Origin: Parachlamydiales bacterium
Lineage (GTDB): Bacteria; Chlamydiota; Chlamydiia; Chlamydiales; JAJFMK01
Length of the DNA stretch: 64,000 bases
Direction of reading: 5' to 3'
Assembly (NCBI GenBank): GCA_963765145.1
Contig: CAVXVG010000024.1
Location: forward strand, 12,609 to 76,608
Shown: positions 47,923 to 58,152 of the stretch, one piece after another
How the letters are laid out: the number at the start of each line of letters is the position of its first letter
Position numbering within the stretch: position 1 is the first letter of the stretch
Translations under genes and position numbers: made by a program
The notes under the pieces: generated by a model
Database searches by the model: none
Told to the model about the DNA's origin: nothing
The model's input: only the letters and a program-made list of their open reading frames with translations

Positions 47923-49287
47923 CCTTGCAGCCATAAGCCCGCTCTTGATCCTCTTTATCGGTGGATTATTGGTGTTGTTATGTGCCACGTTTGAGAAGAA
48001 GTACATTGAGTGGATCACTTCTGCTGTTCTTGTGCTGGCCATCATGTCTGCTTGGGTGGCTCCTGCGTCTGTTCATCCTTTATTAATCCGTTGGCTTGCG
48101 TTTGATTCCTTGGCCCGTCAATTCACCCTCTTTTTTCTTTCGATTGGGCTTGCAGCTACCTTTCTTGCTTCGTCCTTTTTTAGGACCTTTCCAACAGTAA
48201 AAGGAGAATATTTCTTTTTGCTCCTTTCAGCACTGTTCGGATTGGTTTTAATTGGCTCTTCTGCCGATTTTTTAACCCTTTTTATTGGGATTGAAACCCT
48301 CTCGCTTTCGTTATACGTTCTTTGCGGTTACATGAAGGGGTGGATTTTTTCGGCAGAGTCAGCGATGAAATACTTCTTGTTGGGGTCGCTTGCGGCAGCT
48401 TTTTTATTGTATGGGATTGCCCTTGTTTACGGGGCGACAGGGACGACCCAATTTGCCGCTTTGCAGGGGGCAGCCAAAGATTCAACCCTCTTTTTAGCAG
48501 GCATGGTATTTATTACCTTTGCCCTTTGTTTTGAGATTGCAGCCGTTCCGTTCCATTTTTGGGCTCCTGATGTTTATGCGGGGGCTGCCACACCGGTGAC
48601 GGCCTTTATGGCGGTGGGGACAAAAGTGGGCGCCTTTGCTGCCCTTGTACGTGTGTTTATCGAAACATTGCCCCACTTTGATCCTTTATGGAGTCAGGGG
48701 ATGGCCTTGATTGCAGTTTTAACCCTGCTTTATTCAACCTTTTGGCCATTCGACAAACAGAGATGAGGCGATTTTTTGCCTATTCCGGGATTTCTCATGC
48801 GGGCTTTCTGCTTCTGCCTCTTTTAGTCGGCACACCCGAAGCTGAAAAAGCGCTCCTTTACTATCTGGTTGTCTACTCGATCGCAACGCTTGGTTCTTTT
48901 GCCGTGCTCTCGTTTTTAGACAACGAAAAGGGGGTAAACTTAAACAGCGTCAAAGGGCTATTCCGTCGTTCTCCCTGGCTTGCCGCTCTCTTTTCGCTTT
49001 GTCTGATTACTCTTGCGGGCATCCCTCCAACTGTCGGCTTTTTTGCTAAGTTTTATATTTTTAAAATAACCTTTCAGGCTGGCTACACGGCCCTTGTCAT
49101 CATCGCCTTGCTTACGACAATTATTTCTGCCTACTACTATCTACGGATCATTGCCTTCATGTTTGCAGATGCACCTGCGGAGTTATCGCCACCCACAACA
49201 CGCTATCCATCTGTTATCGTTGGTGTTATCTCTTTCTTGAGCTTGATATTATTTTCATTTCTTCCATCGTTGATTAGTTTTTATTGA
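47897..49287 (+). CDS. nuoN: NADH-quinone oxidoreductase subunit N (frameshift ~48735-48743)
   Basis: ESAMKYFLLG, AVPFHFWAPDVY, then RRFFAYSGISHAG and LAGIPPTVGFFAK in the next frame. Confidence 0.93.
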
Positions 49288-49454
49288 AATAAGCATCTGT
49301 TAATTCAACATGTTGATTATAAACAAGTCTTTTGATGGCTTGAGAATCTGCTTTTAAATGCTACGGCCGGATATCTATCTATAGTACAGTTGGAATAATC
49401 TCTTGTTAAAAAAATACTTTACATGCAATCTGCGATTTTAACAAGAGAAAGATT

Positions 49455-50351
49455 ATGAACTACCGCAGCCATGGCATGATTTCATTTTTTGGCTTAAGCA
49501 TGCTTTTAGGGACACATTTTGTCTCAGCAGAAGACGTCATTATTGTTCCGACAATAAGGCAGACAGAGTCAAGGGGGCTTGGGTATGAACATGGATATAC
49601 AACACTTGAGGTGTTTGCATTTCCAGAGCCTTATACAGACGAGTTTATTCCTTTTGTCGATCTATTAGGGCACCATTTTGATAATGGACGATGGGCGGCA
49701 GACATCGGTATTGGTTCTAGATATTTCTATTCAAAATGGGACATGGCATTTGGTGGAAACGTTTATTATGACTACCTAGAATCAAAGCATGGCATTTTTC
49801 AACAAATTGGTGTTGGCGCTGAATTGTTAACCGAGTGTTTCAATGTAACAATCAACGGTTACATTCCTGTCGGCAATGGGTTTGGAAAAGACAGGACACG
49901 TGTTTTTGATAACTTCATTGGTAATTATGTTATCACTCAACATAATCGGCATACCTCGATGAGTGGGATGGATGCAGAAGTTGAGGCTATTCTTTATCGA
50001 AAAGGGTTTTTCGAATTCTGGGGGGCTGCAGGAGTCTACTATCTCACCGATTCTCGTGACTTTTTTGGTCAAAAGCAAAATTGCACCGGGGGCGAATTTC
50101 GCCTTGAAGCTGACTTTGGAGAGTACGTTGCAATAGAGGCTTTGTGTACGACGGACAAAATTTTCCATACCCGTGTTCAGGGAAGAATTTCTCTTACCGT
50201 CCCTTTTGATGTGTTCATACCTGGCACGTGGGACTACTGCTCTCGAGAATGTCAAGATTGTTGCTGGTTGGAAAGGATGTACATGAGACAACCTCGTCGT
50301 CACGAAATTGTCCCAATAAACGGTCATTGCTGTTACACAACCAATTACTAG
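49455..50351 (+). CDS. Inverse-autotransporter beta-domain-like outer membrane protein
   Basis: Signal peptide, GIGSRY..FGGNVYYD..QQIGVGAEL..NGYIPVG; Cys-rich tail. Confidence 0.7.
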   Translation: MNYRSHGMISFFGLSMLLGTHFVSAEDVIIVPTIRQTESRGLGYEHGYTTLEVFAFPEPYTDEFIPFVDLLGHHFDNGRWAADIGIGSRYFYSKWDMAFGGNVYYDYLESKHGIFQQIGVGAELLTECFNVTINGYIPVGNGFGKDRTRVFDNFIGNYVITQHNRHTSMSGMDAEVEAILYRKGFFEFWGAAGVYYLTDSRDFFGQKQNCTGGEFRLEADFGEYVAIEALCTTDKIFHTRVQGRISLTVPFDVFIPGTWDYCSRECQDCCWLERMYMRQPRRHEIVPINGHCCYTTNY

Positions 50352-50365
50352 TTACAGAGGAATGC

Positions 50366-50396
50366 CTTGCCCATGCTCGATAAGAGCACGGGCAAG
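50366..50396. terminator. Hairpin between convergent genes (family B-related)
   Basis: CTTGCCCATGCTC-GATAA-GAGCACGGGCAAG. Confidence 0.6.
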
Positions 50397-50409
50397 AGTT
50401 TTTACATCG

Positions 50410-51555
50410 TTAAAAATCAACCATTAGAGGCAAATAAACTTCGATGTTTTTTTCGACTCGATCTCGAATGTAATCAGGAATAGCCTCTTTTTCCAATATC
50501 CACTTTGAAGCTAAATACGCCTCTCTCATATGCCCCTCTTGATAAGCACAAAGGGAATAATAGAGTAAGAAATAGTAATCATAAATACCATGATCCACAA
50601 ATAGGGTATCGGTTGTCTTTTTTAAACCGAGCGCAAGTTTGCCTATCCTATATCCTTCAGCAAAGTTCCCATGCTTCCAGTGGTACAACATGGCGAAGTA
50701 AAGAGGTTCTACACGGTTAGGTCTATAGCGGTAGGCAGCTTTATAGGCATTGATGACTTCGTTTTCTTCATGGCCTAACTCTTCTTTTAAAAGGGCAATT
50801 TGTAAAAGAGACCAAAAGACCTCTTGGTCCCACCCACGCATTTTTACTCGCTTTTCGTACGTTTTGATAGCCTCTTCTTTTTCTCCTGCATCTCTATAGC
50901 TTTGGGCAAGGTAAAAAACATATCGATTGTGGTTTGGCTTTGTTTCCAGTGCCTGTTTTAAGACTTCGATGTCTTTCTTAAATTTTTCAGGGTCTTGAGA
51001 GCGTGCTCCTCCACCACCTACAAGGTAGGTGATTCCATTCAGAACATCAGAAGTTTTGCCCCACAGAGGTCCAATGGCTTCGTGTAAAACATCTTCCCAT
51101 CTCCATTCTAGACCTGTTTTGATCAATTCTGGTCTTTTATGTCTCATATTTGCATGCTTGACAGTGATGTAATAAAAGTCTTTATCCATCACTTCCGGAA
51201 AATAAAAATTGTTGTCTGTTACGTACAAATCATCCGCATCTAAAAACAGGATATAATCTGCCGTACCTTTGGCAAGTTCAAGAGCTTCGTTTCGATTGTG
51301 CTCAAAATTTTTCCACGGCCTTTCGTGCAATTCTCCGGGGATATCTGACATAAAATCTCGTATGATTTCTCGAGTCTCATCGGTTGAGCCTGTATCGACA
51401 ATCACCCAATAATCGATGAGTGGTTTGGCAGATTCTAAGCACCGTCTAATCAGCTCACTTTCGTTTTTCACGATCATGTTGAGGCAAATTGTTTTGTCTC
51501 TTGCTGAAAGTGAGCTGAAGAAAAATAGCAGCAGTAAAATAGATAGCTTTCGCAT
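50410..51555 (-). CDS. Glycosyltransferase family 2 with TPR repeats and signal peptide
   Basis: ICLNMIVKNE, VDTGSTD, FLDADD, FYLAQSYRDAG. Confidence 0.9.
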   Translation of the reverse strand: MRKLSILLLLFFFSSLSARDKTICLNMIVKNESELIRRCLESAKPLIDYWVIVDTGSTDETREIIRDFMSDIPGELHERPWKNFEHNRNEALELAKGTADYILFLDADDLYVTDNNFYFPEVMDKDFYYITVKHANMRHKRPELIKTGLEWRWEDVLHEAIGPLWGKTSDVLNGITYLVGGGGARSQDPEKFKKDIEVLKQALETKPNHNRYVFYLAQSYRDAGEKEEAIKTYEKRVKMRGWDQEVFWSLLQIALLKEELGHEENEVINAYKAAYRYRPNRVEPLYFAMLYHWKHGNFAEGYRIGKLALGLKKTTDTLFVDHGIYDYYFLLYYSLCAYQEGHMREAYLASKWILEKEAIPDYIRDRVEKNIEVYLPLMVDF

Positions 51556-51710
51556 CGTGTTCCTTTCGGTTGCATTTGTTTTATGAAAAATTAACAGATT
51601 AAGGAAGAATGCCTTAAGTCAAATAATTGCTTTCATTCCAAATTTGGTTTAGATTCTATCTTTAGTCATTTTTGGCTTACAAGTTGGAATTTTTAACAAA
51701 AGAAGCTCGT

Positions 51711-53810
51711 ATGGGTTTTTCCCGATTATTTGTTGCTGCTATTGCGCTTATTGCTAACGCAGGCGCTTATGCGGAACCGCTAGCAAAGTGGTCTTCCCAT
51801 GAAGATGCATTTTACGACGTACAAAACAGAGATTACGTCGAAGGGGCTGTAGAACTTGTGGTGGACGGCTTACAGCCGCTTTCACTGCAACGCCACTACA
51901 ACGTCAAAAACCCTCTTTCAGATAGAGGAACTGGAGAATGGAGCTTGGCTCCACAATCTTTTTTGATTTTAGGGCAATCTAATGATGACTCGTGGAATTC
52001 AGGTCTGTTAACTTACGGTTTTGCAGGAGAAAGCTCTGGAGAAATTGTCTCTTATAGTGGCGTAAGGTTAGCAACAGGCATCAGCGAAAACCCTTTAACA
52101 CCAGAACTTGCATCCGAATCATCAGAAGGCAATGTATTGCACTGCAAAGGGGATCTTTGTGTCATATCTACAGCTGTTGGTGGCAAAAGGGTTTACAGAA
52201 GGGTAGATCAATTGTCTCCTGTCATGGTAGGTGAAAGGCTTATTGAAAATATTAGCCAGTCTGTCTCATCGCCAGAGTACTATCGTCTTATCCATGAATT
52301 GGACAATGGAGATAACCGAGCTTATTTTTATGATGCAAAAGGGGATCTACAAACGATTTCAACCGATACTGGTTGGGTTCAGTTTGAGCATGCCAAAAAC
52401 GAAGATAGCTATGTCATCAAAGCTTCTACAAACGATCAAAAAAACGCTGAGTACAGCTTTGCTCCTCTCGTTACAGAGAATGGAAAAGTTGTCCATGTTT
52501 TGGCATCAGTCACAGGTTCAAATATCGAGCCGACTTCTTACCATTACATCAATCACAATGATGCTACTCTTTTAGATAGAAAAGTTGTGGGAGATAGAAC
52601 TATCGAAATCGTTTACGACATTGACGGTGATGCTTCAGCCCTTATAGAAAATGGAGAATTTGTTGCGGCATTTGATGCCCCACGCCAACGAGGAGGATTG
52701 GAATCGCTTTTATCTAACCATAAAGCAAATTGCAGATCTCCTATTCAAGGTCCTCCAGGGCCTCCAGGACCGGCTGGAGTACCAGGATCAATGGGCGCTA
52801 CAGGAGCGACAGGTGCAACAGGGGCATCAGGATCAACGGGTGCTACAGGAGCGACAGGCGCAACTGGAAGCGATGGAGCTATTGGTCCGACAGGGCCGAC
52901 TGGAGCCACAGGAACTACAGGGGCGACAGGTGCAACTGGAAGCGATGGAGCTATTGGTCCTCCAGGGCCAACTGGAGCCACAGGAGCCACAGGAGCGACA
53001 GGTGCAACTGGAAGCGATGGAGCTATTGGTCCGACAGGGCCGACTGGAGCCAACGGAGAAAACGGTGCTAATGGAGCCAATGGAGACAACGGAGCGACAG
53101 GCGCAACTGGTGCGACTGGTCCTACTGGTGCAACAGGAGCGACTGGCCCTACAGGAGCGACCGGCACAGCAGGAACCGATGGCGCGACTGGTGCAACTGG
53201 CCCTACTGGAGCGACAGGCACAGCAGGAACCGATGGTGCGACTGGCGTAACTGGTGCAACAGGAGCAACTGGCGGAACTGGCCCTACAGGTGCAACGGGA
53301 GCAACTGGTGGAACTGGTCCTACTGGTGCGACTGGCACCGGTGGCGCAACAGGAGCGACAGGCGCAACCGGCCCTACTGGTGCGACCGGTGCTACTGCAA
53401 CCATTGCTTGGCTCAATACTTATACTGATACTCTCTCAGTAACTATTGGAATAGGTACAACACCTTTACCTTTTGGTGCCTCTGTTAATACAACAACAGA
53501 TGGATCTGGTGACATCACCATAACTCCCGATGGAGAAACTATCACCTTTGTAGTTCCCGGAACGTATTTGATAGAATATGTTTCCCCGTCTGCAACTGCT
53601 GGGATAGTCGGTTCGAATCTTACATTTACCTTGAATGGCACAGCTTTTGGACCAACTCCATCTCTAGGAGTTGCTGGAGCATCAACTGTTTTACAAACAA
53701 TTATCGTTGTTTCTTCAGCTAATAACACGCTAGGAGTTGAGCTTCAGGGGCTTGTCAGTGCTGGTGTGCTTAATGGTTCGGTTTCTACAAATATTATGAA
53801 AATCGACTAG
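51711..53810 (+). CDS. Secreted collagen-like protein: RHS-N-like region + 72 Gly-X-Y triplets + beta-rich C-terminal domain
   Basis: Signal [27 protein letters not shown] repeats 52749-53396; C-terminal [11 protein letters not shown] motif resembling BclA/C1q-type heads. Confidence 0.85.
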   Translation: MGFSRLFVAAIALIANAGAYAEPLAKWSSHEDAFYDVQNRDYVEGAVELVVDGLQPLSLQRHYNVKNPLSDRGTGEWSLAPQSFLILGQSNDDSWNSGLLTYGFAGESSGEIVSYSGVRLATGISENPLTPELASESSEGNVLHCKGDLCVISTAVGGKRVYRRVDQLSPVMVGERLIENISQSVSSPEYYRLIHELDNGDNRAYFYDAKGDLQTISTDTGWVQFEHAKNEDSYVIKASTNDQKNAEYSFAPLVTENGKVVHVLASVTGSNIEPTSYHYINHNDATLLDRKVVGDRTIEIVYDIDGDASALIENGEFVAAFDAPRQRGGLESLLSNHKANCRSPIQGPPGPPGPAGVPGSMGATGATGATGASGSTGATGATGATGSDGAIGPTGPTGATGTTGATGATGSDGAIGPPGPTGATGATGATGATGSDGAIGPTGPTGANGENGANGANGDNGATGATGATGPTGATGATGPTGATGTAGTDGATGATGPTGATGTAGTDGATGVTGATGATGGTGPTGATGATGGTGPTGATGTGGATGATGATGPTGATGATATIAWLNTYTDTLSVTIGIGTTPLPFGASVNTTTDGSGDITITPDGETITFVVPGTYLIEYVSPSATAGIVGSNLTFTLNGTAFGPTPSLGVAGASTVLQTIIVVSSANNTLGVELQGLVSAGVLNGSVSTNIMKID

Positions 53811-53838
53811 AAGAATATTATTTAGTTGCTTGAATCTG

Positions 53839-53870
53839 GCCACGCTTTTAAAAAGGCGTGGCTTTTTTTT
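53839..53870 (+). terminator. Intrinsic terminator
   Basis: GCCACGC..GCGTGGC followed by T8. Confidence 0.75.
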
Positions 53871-53894
53871 GTCTTAGTGTTCATTTTCGTCTTT

Positions 53895-55319
53895 ATGGTC
53901 TCGATTAATTTATATCCCTTACAAATAGTAGGATCGGTCTTCATGACCTCTTTTGGCCTGTCGCACGGAAGAGAGGGGCTTCAACTATTGATCAAAAATG
54001 GATGGAAGGCCACCCCCCTTTTTCATGAAGCCATGCAAGCTAAAAGCGATTTTGGTGACATAGGCGAGCTTTTACAAATGTTCCCCTACTTTTGGTCATC
54101 CAGAACAGCCAGTAAATTCAAAGTTGCAAAAGAGGGTGGACAGTTTTTAGTCTTTGAAGAAAAAAATCGAAAAGGAGTAACAGGGTTTGGTTATGACCTC
54201 TCGTTTCGCCCGATCAAAGCTGTGGGGAATATTTTTGGTACAATGGCCTGTTTCCACACGGCAGCTAGGGTGGGTGCACAATTTTTTAGACCCTCGTTAA
54301 AAGTGGGAGATGGCTCCTCGTTTCGTGTAGTTGAGCATAGTGCCAAGGCTTTACATCACCTGAACTACATGCTTCATTTGAAGCAAGATCAATCGAGATC
54401 ATTTACAAAAGGGCTTTTAAATATGTCAGCAGAGGTTTTGCTGGCAGCCTATTATTACACCAAAAATCCTTGGGTAGGTTTCGTAGGAGGAGGCACTCAT
54501 CTTCTTGCTAACGCTTTTGCCGATATACGGAAGGAGGCCAAGTTGTATCACAAAAAATGGATAGAGAAAATGGGAGAATCATCTATTGAAGATAGCCGAT
54601 CGCTGGAAGGCAAGTTTGTGGACAGGCTTTTTAACACCACTTATCTGGTCGATTCTCTTTACGATGTGGAACAATATGCCCGAACGTTGACTTGTATCAA
54701 TGGTTTTGCCGATTCAGCGAGTTACCTATTTGGTTTAAATAAACATCCGAGTTTTTCTTATGTTGTTTCTGCAATAGGTGGGATGAGCTGTTTAATGACT
54801 CCTAAGCACGTCCAATATTGGACAGCTCCAAAGTTAGGGGAAAAGAAGATCCACACATTATTTGTCGTGGCCTGCTTACAGCTCGCTGGTGTTTTCGATA
54901 CCTTCTTTTTCTTCAATGAAACAAAAGTCATCCAAATTTCTCGTCATATGGGCAAGATGTTGGTTTTTAAAAGTGTTTTAGTTGGTGCTTCATCTGTGGT
55001 AGCCCTTTGGAGTTATTTCCAAGAATGGAAAAACCCAAAACTATCTTCGTCTGACAAAGAAGGTTTGATATTAAACGGAATTAACTCGGCTGCGAAAGCA
55101 CCCATGGTTGCCCAAGGTGCCTTCAAGCACTACGGTTATACGATTCCTAAAATCGCATTGGTCTTCATCGGCACTACACTTGGCGTAGACAATGTCGCCC
55201 GCCACCTTTTTTGGCAAAGTCTAACTGTTGCCAAAAAAACAAACACAGAAAACAAACTAGCCTCCCAACCCTCTCTCTCTACCGACAGGCAAGTTCTCGC
55301 CCAAAAGCTTTACTTTTGA
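53895..55319 (+). CDS. Hypothetical multi-pass membrane protein
   Basis: Long ORF with several hydrophobic segments; start moved past the terminator. Confidence 0.6.
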   Translation: MVSINLYPLQIVGSVFMTSFGLSHGREGLQLLIKNGWKATPLFHEAMQAKSDFGDIGELLQMFPYFWSSRTASKFKVAKEGGQFLVFEEKNRKGVTGFGYDLSFRPIKAVGNIFGTMACFHTAARVGAQFFRPSLKVGDGSSFRVVEHSAKALHHLNYMLHLKQDQSRSFTKGLLNMSAEVLLAAYYYTKNPWVGFVGGGTHLLANAFADIRKEAKLYHKKWIEKMGESSIEDSRSLEGKFVDRLFNTTYLVDSLYDVEQYARTLTCINGFADSASYLFGLNKHPSFSYVVSAIGGMSCLMTPKHVQYWTAPKLGEKKIHTLFVVACLQLAGVFDTFFFFNETKVIQISRHMGKMLVFKSVLVGASSVVALWSYFQEWKNPKLSSSDKEGLILNGINSAAKAPMVAQGAFKHYGYTIPKIALVFIGTTLGVDNVARHLFWQSLTVAKKTNTENKLASQPSLSTDRQVLAQKLYF

Positions 55320-55411
55320 ACAGGCAGCAAAAGCATATCTAAGGCAAAAAAGGGAACAGGATCCACCTACGGTGGGCAGGATAAAATCGCCTAGCTTTAC
55401 TTTCTTTTTAT

Positions 55412-55508
55412 TTCGCAACGCGTTTGGAGTGCTAAACTCCTGTTTAGCTTTCACTTTTACTGAGAAGTCAAAGCTAAACAGGAGTTTAGCACTCCAAACG
55501 CTTCGCGA
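55412..55508. repeat. Palindromic element family A, copy 6
   Basis: Same arms as copies 1 and 5. Confidence 0.95.
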
Positions 55509-55529
55509 TTAGATGTTTGTGGTGAGTTG

Positions 55530-55596
55530 TGCGGAGAATAAATGGGCTAATCTCCGCATGCTTTGCGGAGATTAGCCTTGTTTGTGCGGAGATTAG
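55530..55596 (+). promoter_or_regulatory. Repeated TGCGGAGATTA boxes upstream of fic (putative operator)
   Basis: GGCTAATCTCCGCA-N5-TGCGGAGATTAGCC dyad plus two direct copies. Confidence 0.55.
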
Positions 55597-55622
55597 ATGC
55601 TATTCTTATGGAATAGGGGGTA

Positions 55623-56720
55623 GTGATGTATATTTACGAGGTCAGGGGCTGGCCAAATTTTGAGTGGGATCGAGAGGCGGTCGGAGAATGGCTGATCCAA
55701 CTGCGCCATCAGCAAGGCCGCTTGCTGGGGAGGATGGAATCGATTGGATTTGGTTTAAGAGAGGAGACTGTTTTAAAAACCTTAACCGAAGATGTCGTTA
55801 AATCAAGCGAGATTGAAGGAGAGATTTTAGATCAATCTCAAGTCCGCTCATCTGTTGCACGTCACCTTGGGATTGAGCGTGCAGCACTGGACGTTGTTGA
55901 TAGGAATGTTGATGGGGTCGTTGAGATGTTGCTTGATGCGACATTGAGGTACGACATGCCTTTGACTAAAAAAAGGATATTGAATTGGCACACTTCTTTA
56001 TTCCCTTTTAAACGTAGCGGTTTTACGGATATTAGGACCGGGGCTTGGCGTGTTGGCCCTGTCCAGGTTGTCTCTGGAAGGATGGGAGATGAGACCGTTC
56101 ACTTTGAGGGGCCTCCGGCCGATCGTGTTGATCATGAAATGGAGCTCTTTCTAAATTGGTTAAACAGCGCAACAACAATAGACCCCGTTTTAAAAGCGGC
56201 TCTTGCTCATCTTTGGTTTGTAACTATTCATCCGTTTGAAGATGGCAATGGACGGATCGGCCGTGCAGTAGCAGATCTGTTACTTGCCCGTTCTGAAAAA
56301 AGTTCGAACCGGTTCTATAGTCTATCGGCTCAAATCCAAAAGGAGAGAAAGCACTATTACGCAATCTTAGAACAAACCCAGAAAGGGGGATTAGATGTTA
56401 CCCCGTGGATCAAATGGTTTTTTAACTGTCTTGGAAGGGCAATCGAAAATGCTTCTTCCACTTTAGATGTTGTTATGTACAAGGCGCAGTTTTGGGAATC
56501 TTGCGCAGAAGCTACGTTGAATGAAAGGCAGAAGAAGGTGATCAACCTGATGCTGGATGGTTTTGACGGGAAGCTAACCACGTCAAAATGGGCAAAGATA
56601 GCGAAATGCTCTCAGGATACAGCCTACAGGGATATTCTTGATCTTTTAGATAAAGGGATATTGGTTAAAAATCCGGAGGGGGGGCGCAGCAGCAGTTATT
56701 CTCTTAAAAGCGAACGGTGA
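55623..56720 (+). CDS. Fic family protein (DUF4172 N-terminus, C-terminal HTH)
   Basis: WPNFEWD, SSEIEGE, HPFEDGNGRIGR, CSQDTAYRDI. Confidence 0.92.
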   Translation: MMYIYEVRGWPNFEWDREAVGEWLIQLRHQQGRLLGRMESIGFGLREETVLKTLTEDVVKSSEIEGEILDQSQVRSSVARHLGIERAALDVVDRNVDGVVEMLLDATLRYDMPLTKKRILNWHTSLFPFKRSGFTDIRTGAWRVGPVQVVSGRMGDETVHFEGPPADRVDHEMELFLNWLNSATTIDPVLKAALAHLWFVTIHPFEDGNGRIGRAVADLLLARSEKSSNRFYSLSAQIQKERKHYYAILEQTQKGGLDVTPWIKWFFNCLGRAIENASSTLDVVMYKAQFWESCAEATLNERQKKVINLMLDGFDGKLTTSKWAKIAKCSQDTAYRDILDLLDKGILVKNPEGGRSSSYSLKSER

Positions 56721-57944
56721 GGCCGGCGGTGAGGCCCTGAGTCCAGGTGTTCGATTGGTTGAAGCGAAAGAGGGGGTCGGGGGTGCCGGTGGGTGATGGG
56801 GCAGCAGCAGGAGCGCCGAATGGTACGGGGCCAGGGCCTGTGCCAACAGTAGCGTGAGAGGCATTTGCGAGTGCAGTAAGTGTGGTATTGATGTTACGGT
56901 CCATCTGGTTGCCAGGGCGGACGACACGGTTAAGCCAGAAAAAACGGTAACCGACGGTGAGCTCTAAAAAGGAGAAGAGGTGATAGCCCAAGCGGATGTT
57001 GGCTTCAAGGGTGGTAGCAAAAATTCGGTGGTCAAAGGTGCCGATGTTGGAGGATTGAGCAAAAACACCCCCGGGAAGGAGGTCTGAAGCTGTTCCTGAA
57101 GTAAGAAAAAGAGGTTGCCGCCAGCTGTTTGGCTTGTACCGTGGATGGAAACCCGTTCGTTCGTTACGCCGATGCCAAGTTTGATCCCTGTTTCAATAGA
57201 ACCATTCCATTTTTCAAAAAGAGTTTTAAAGCCAATCGTTCCGCCGACAAAGTTGTTGTCGGTTTTAAATGTATCTTGAAAGTTATAGAAGTTGGAACCA
57301 AAAGGTGAGCCAACAGCTGTGTGGGTGGCCCCTTGAAAAGTGAGGGATTCTTTCAGTTGGATCCATTCTATTCCAATCGAACCGTCTAGCTCAAAACAGC
57401 CGTTTGTTCCGACAACATAGATGTAGTCGAGTTCTGCCCCTTGGAATTGGTGAGAGACGGCTAAATGAAATAATCCTTCGAAACCAGCCATTCCGCCGAT
57501 CGGGCCCGGCAAGATGAAAACGGTTTGCCCAGCTATCCCGTTCAACCCAAAAACACCTGTCGTGTCAAAAATGGGGACTGCAAAATTGGGGCTGCCTATT
57601 TCTCCTGAAGTAAAAAAGTTTTTGTTCTGGGTGTAGGTCGGCATCAGAAAATAATTGGCCTCAAATCCTGCTCCACACTCTGGAAACATCCAAGTGCCTA
57701 CATCAATTCGAAAACCATTTTGCCATTGGGAAGAGAGGGTTTGTTGCCCAAGAAGAGTTCTGGTGTTGGGTTGTCCAATAGCTCCTGGAATGGGGTCAAC
57801 AAAAGAGGCGGTTGTAACCAAAGGAATAGGCAGAGAGGTCTCTTTTGAAGTCCACCCCAAATATTCAACTTCAACCCAACAATCATTGGCTGACAGAAGG
57901 GAGGGTATCGCTAAAAATAACCCTTTAAACAACTGTCTTAGCAT
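56704..57944 (-). CDS. BBP7-like outer membrane beta-barrel protein, frameshift ~57105
   Basis: Signal peptide, VEYLGW, DTFKTDNNFVG, GYRFFWLNRVVRPGNQMD, C-terminal QGLTAGLTVRF. Confidence 0.75.
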
Positions 57945-57966
57945 GTAAAAACCCTCTTTACTCTAA

Positions 57967-58131
57967 AGAGGCACTTGCAAAAATGGGCCAATCTGCTTTT
58001 CCGTCTTTTCGAAAAAAATGTGCTTGTTTTCGATTCGGCTAACCCGCAAGGGGTTAGGCCTCACCTCCAAACAAGCATTTTTTCCAAAAATCCTGAAAAA
58101 TCAGGTTTGGCCGATTTCTGCAAGCACCTCT
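57967..58131. repeat. Imperfect long palindrome (MITE-like), family C
   Basis: AGAGGCACTTGCAAAAATGGGCCA ... TGGCCGATTTCTGCAAGCACCTCT with inner pairing TGCTTGTTT/AAACAAGCA. Confidence 0.7.
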
Positions 58132-58152
58132 AAAGAGGGTGTATAGAAGAAT

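Noticed and set aside
52651..53442. Alternative-frame and antisense ORFs over the collagen repeat
   Set aside because: By-products of the periodic Gly-X-Thr codons.
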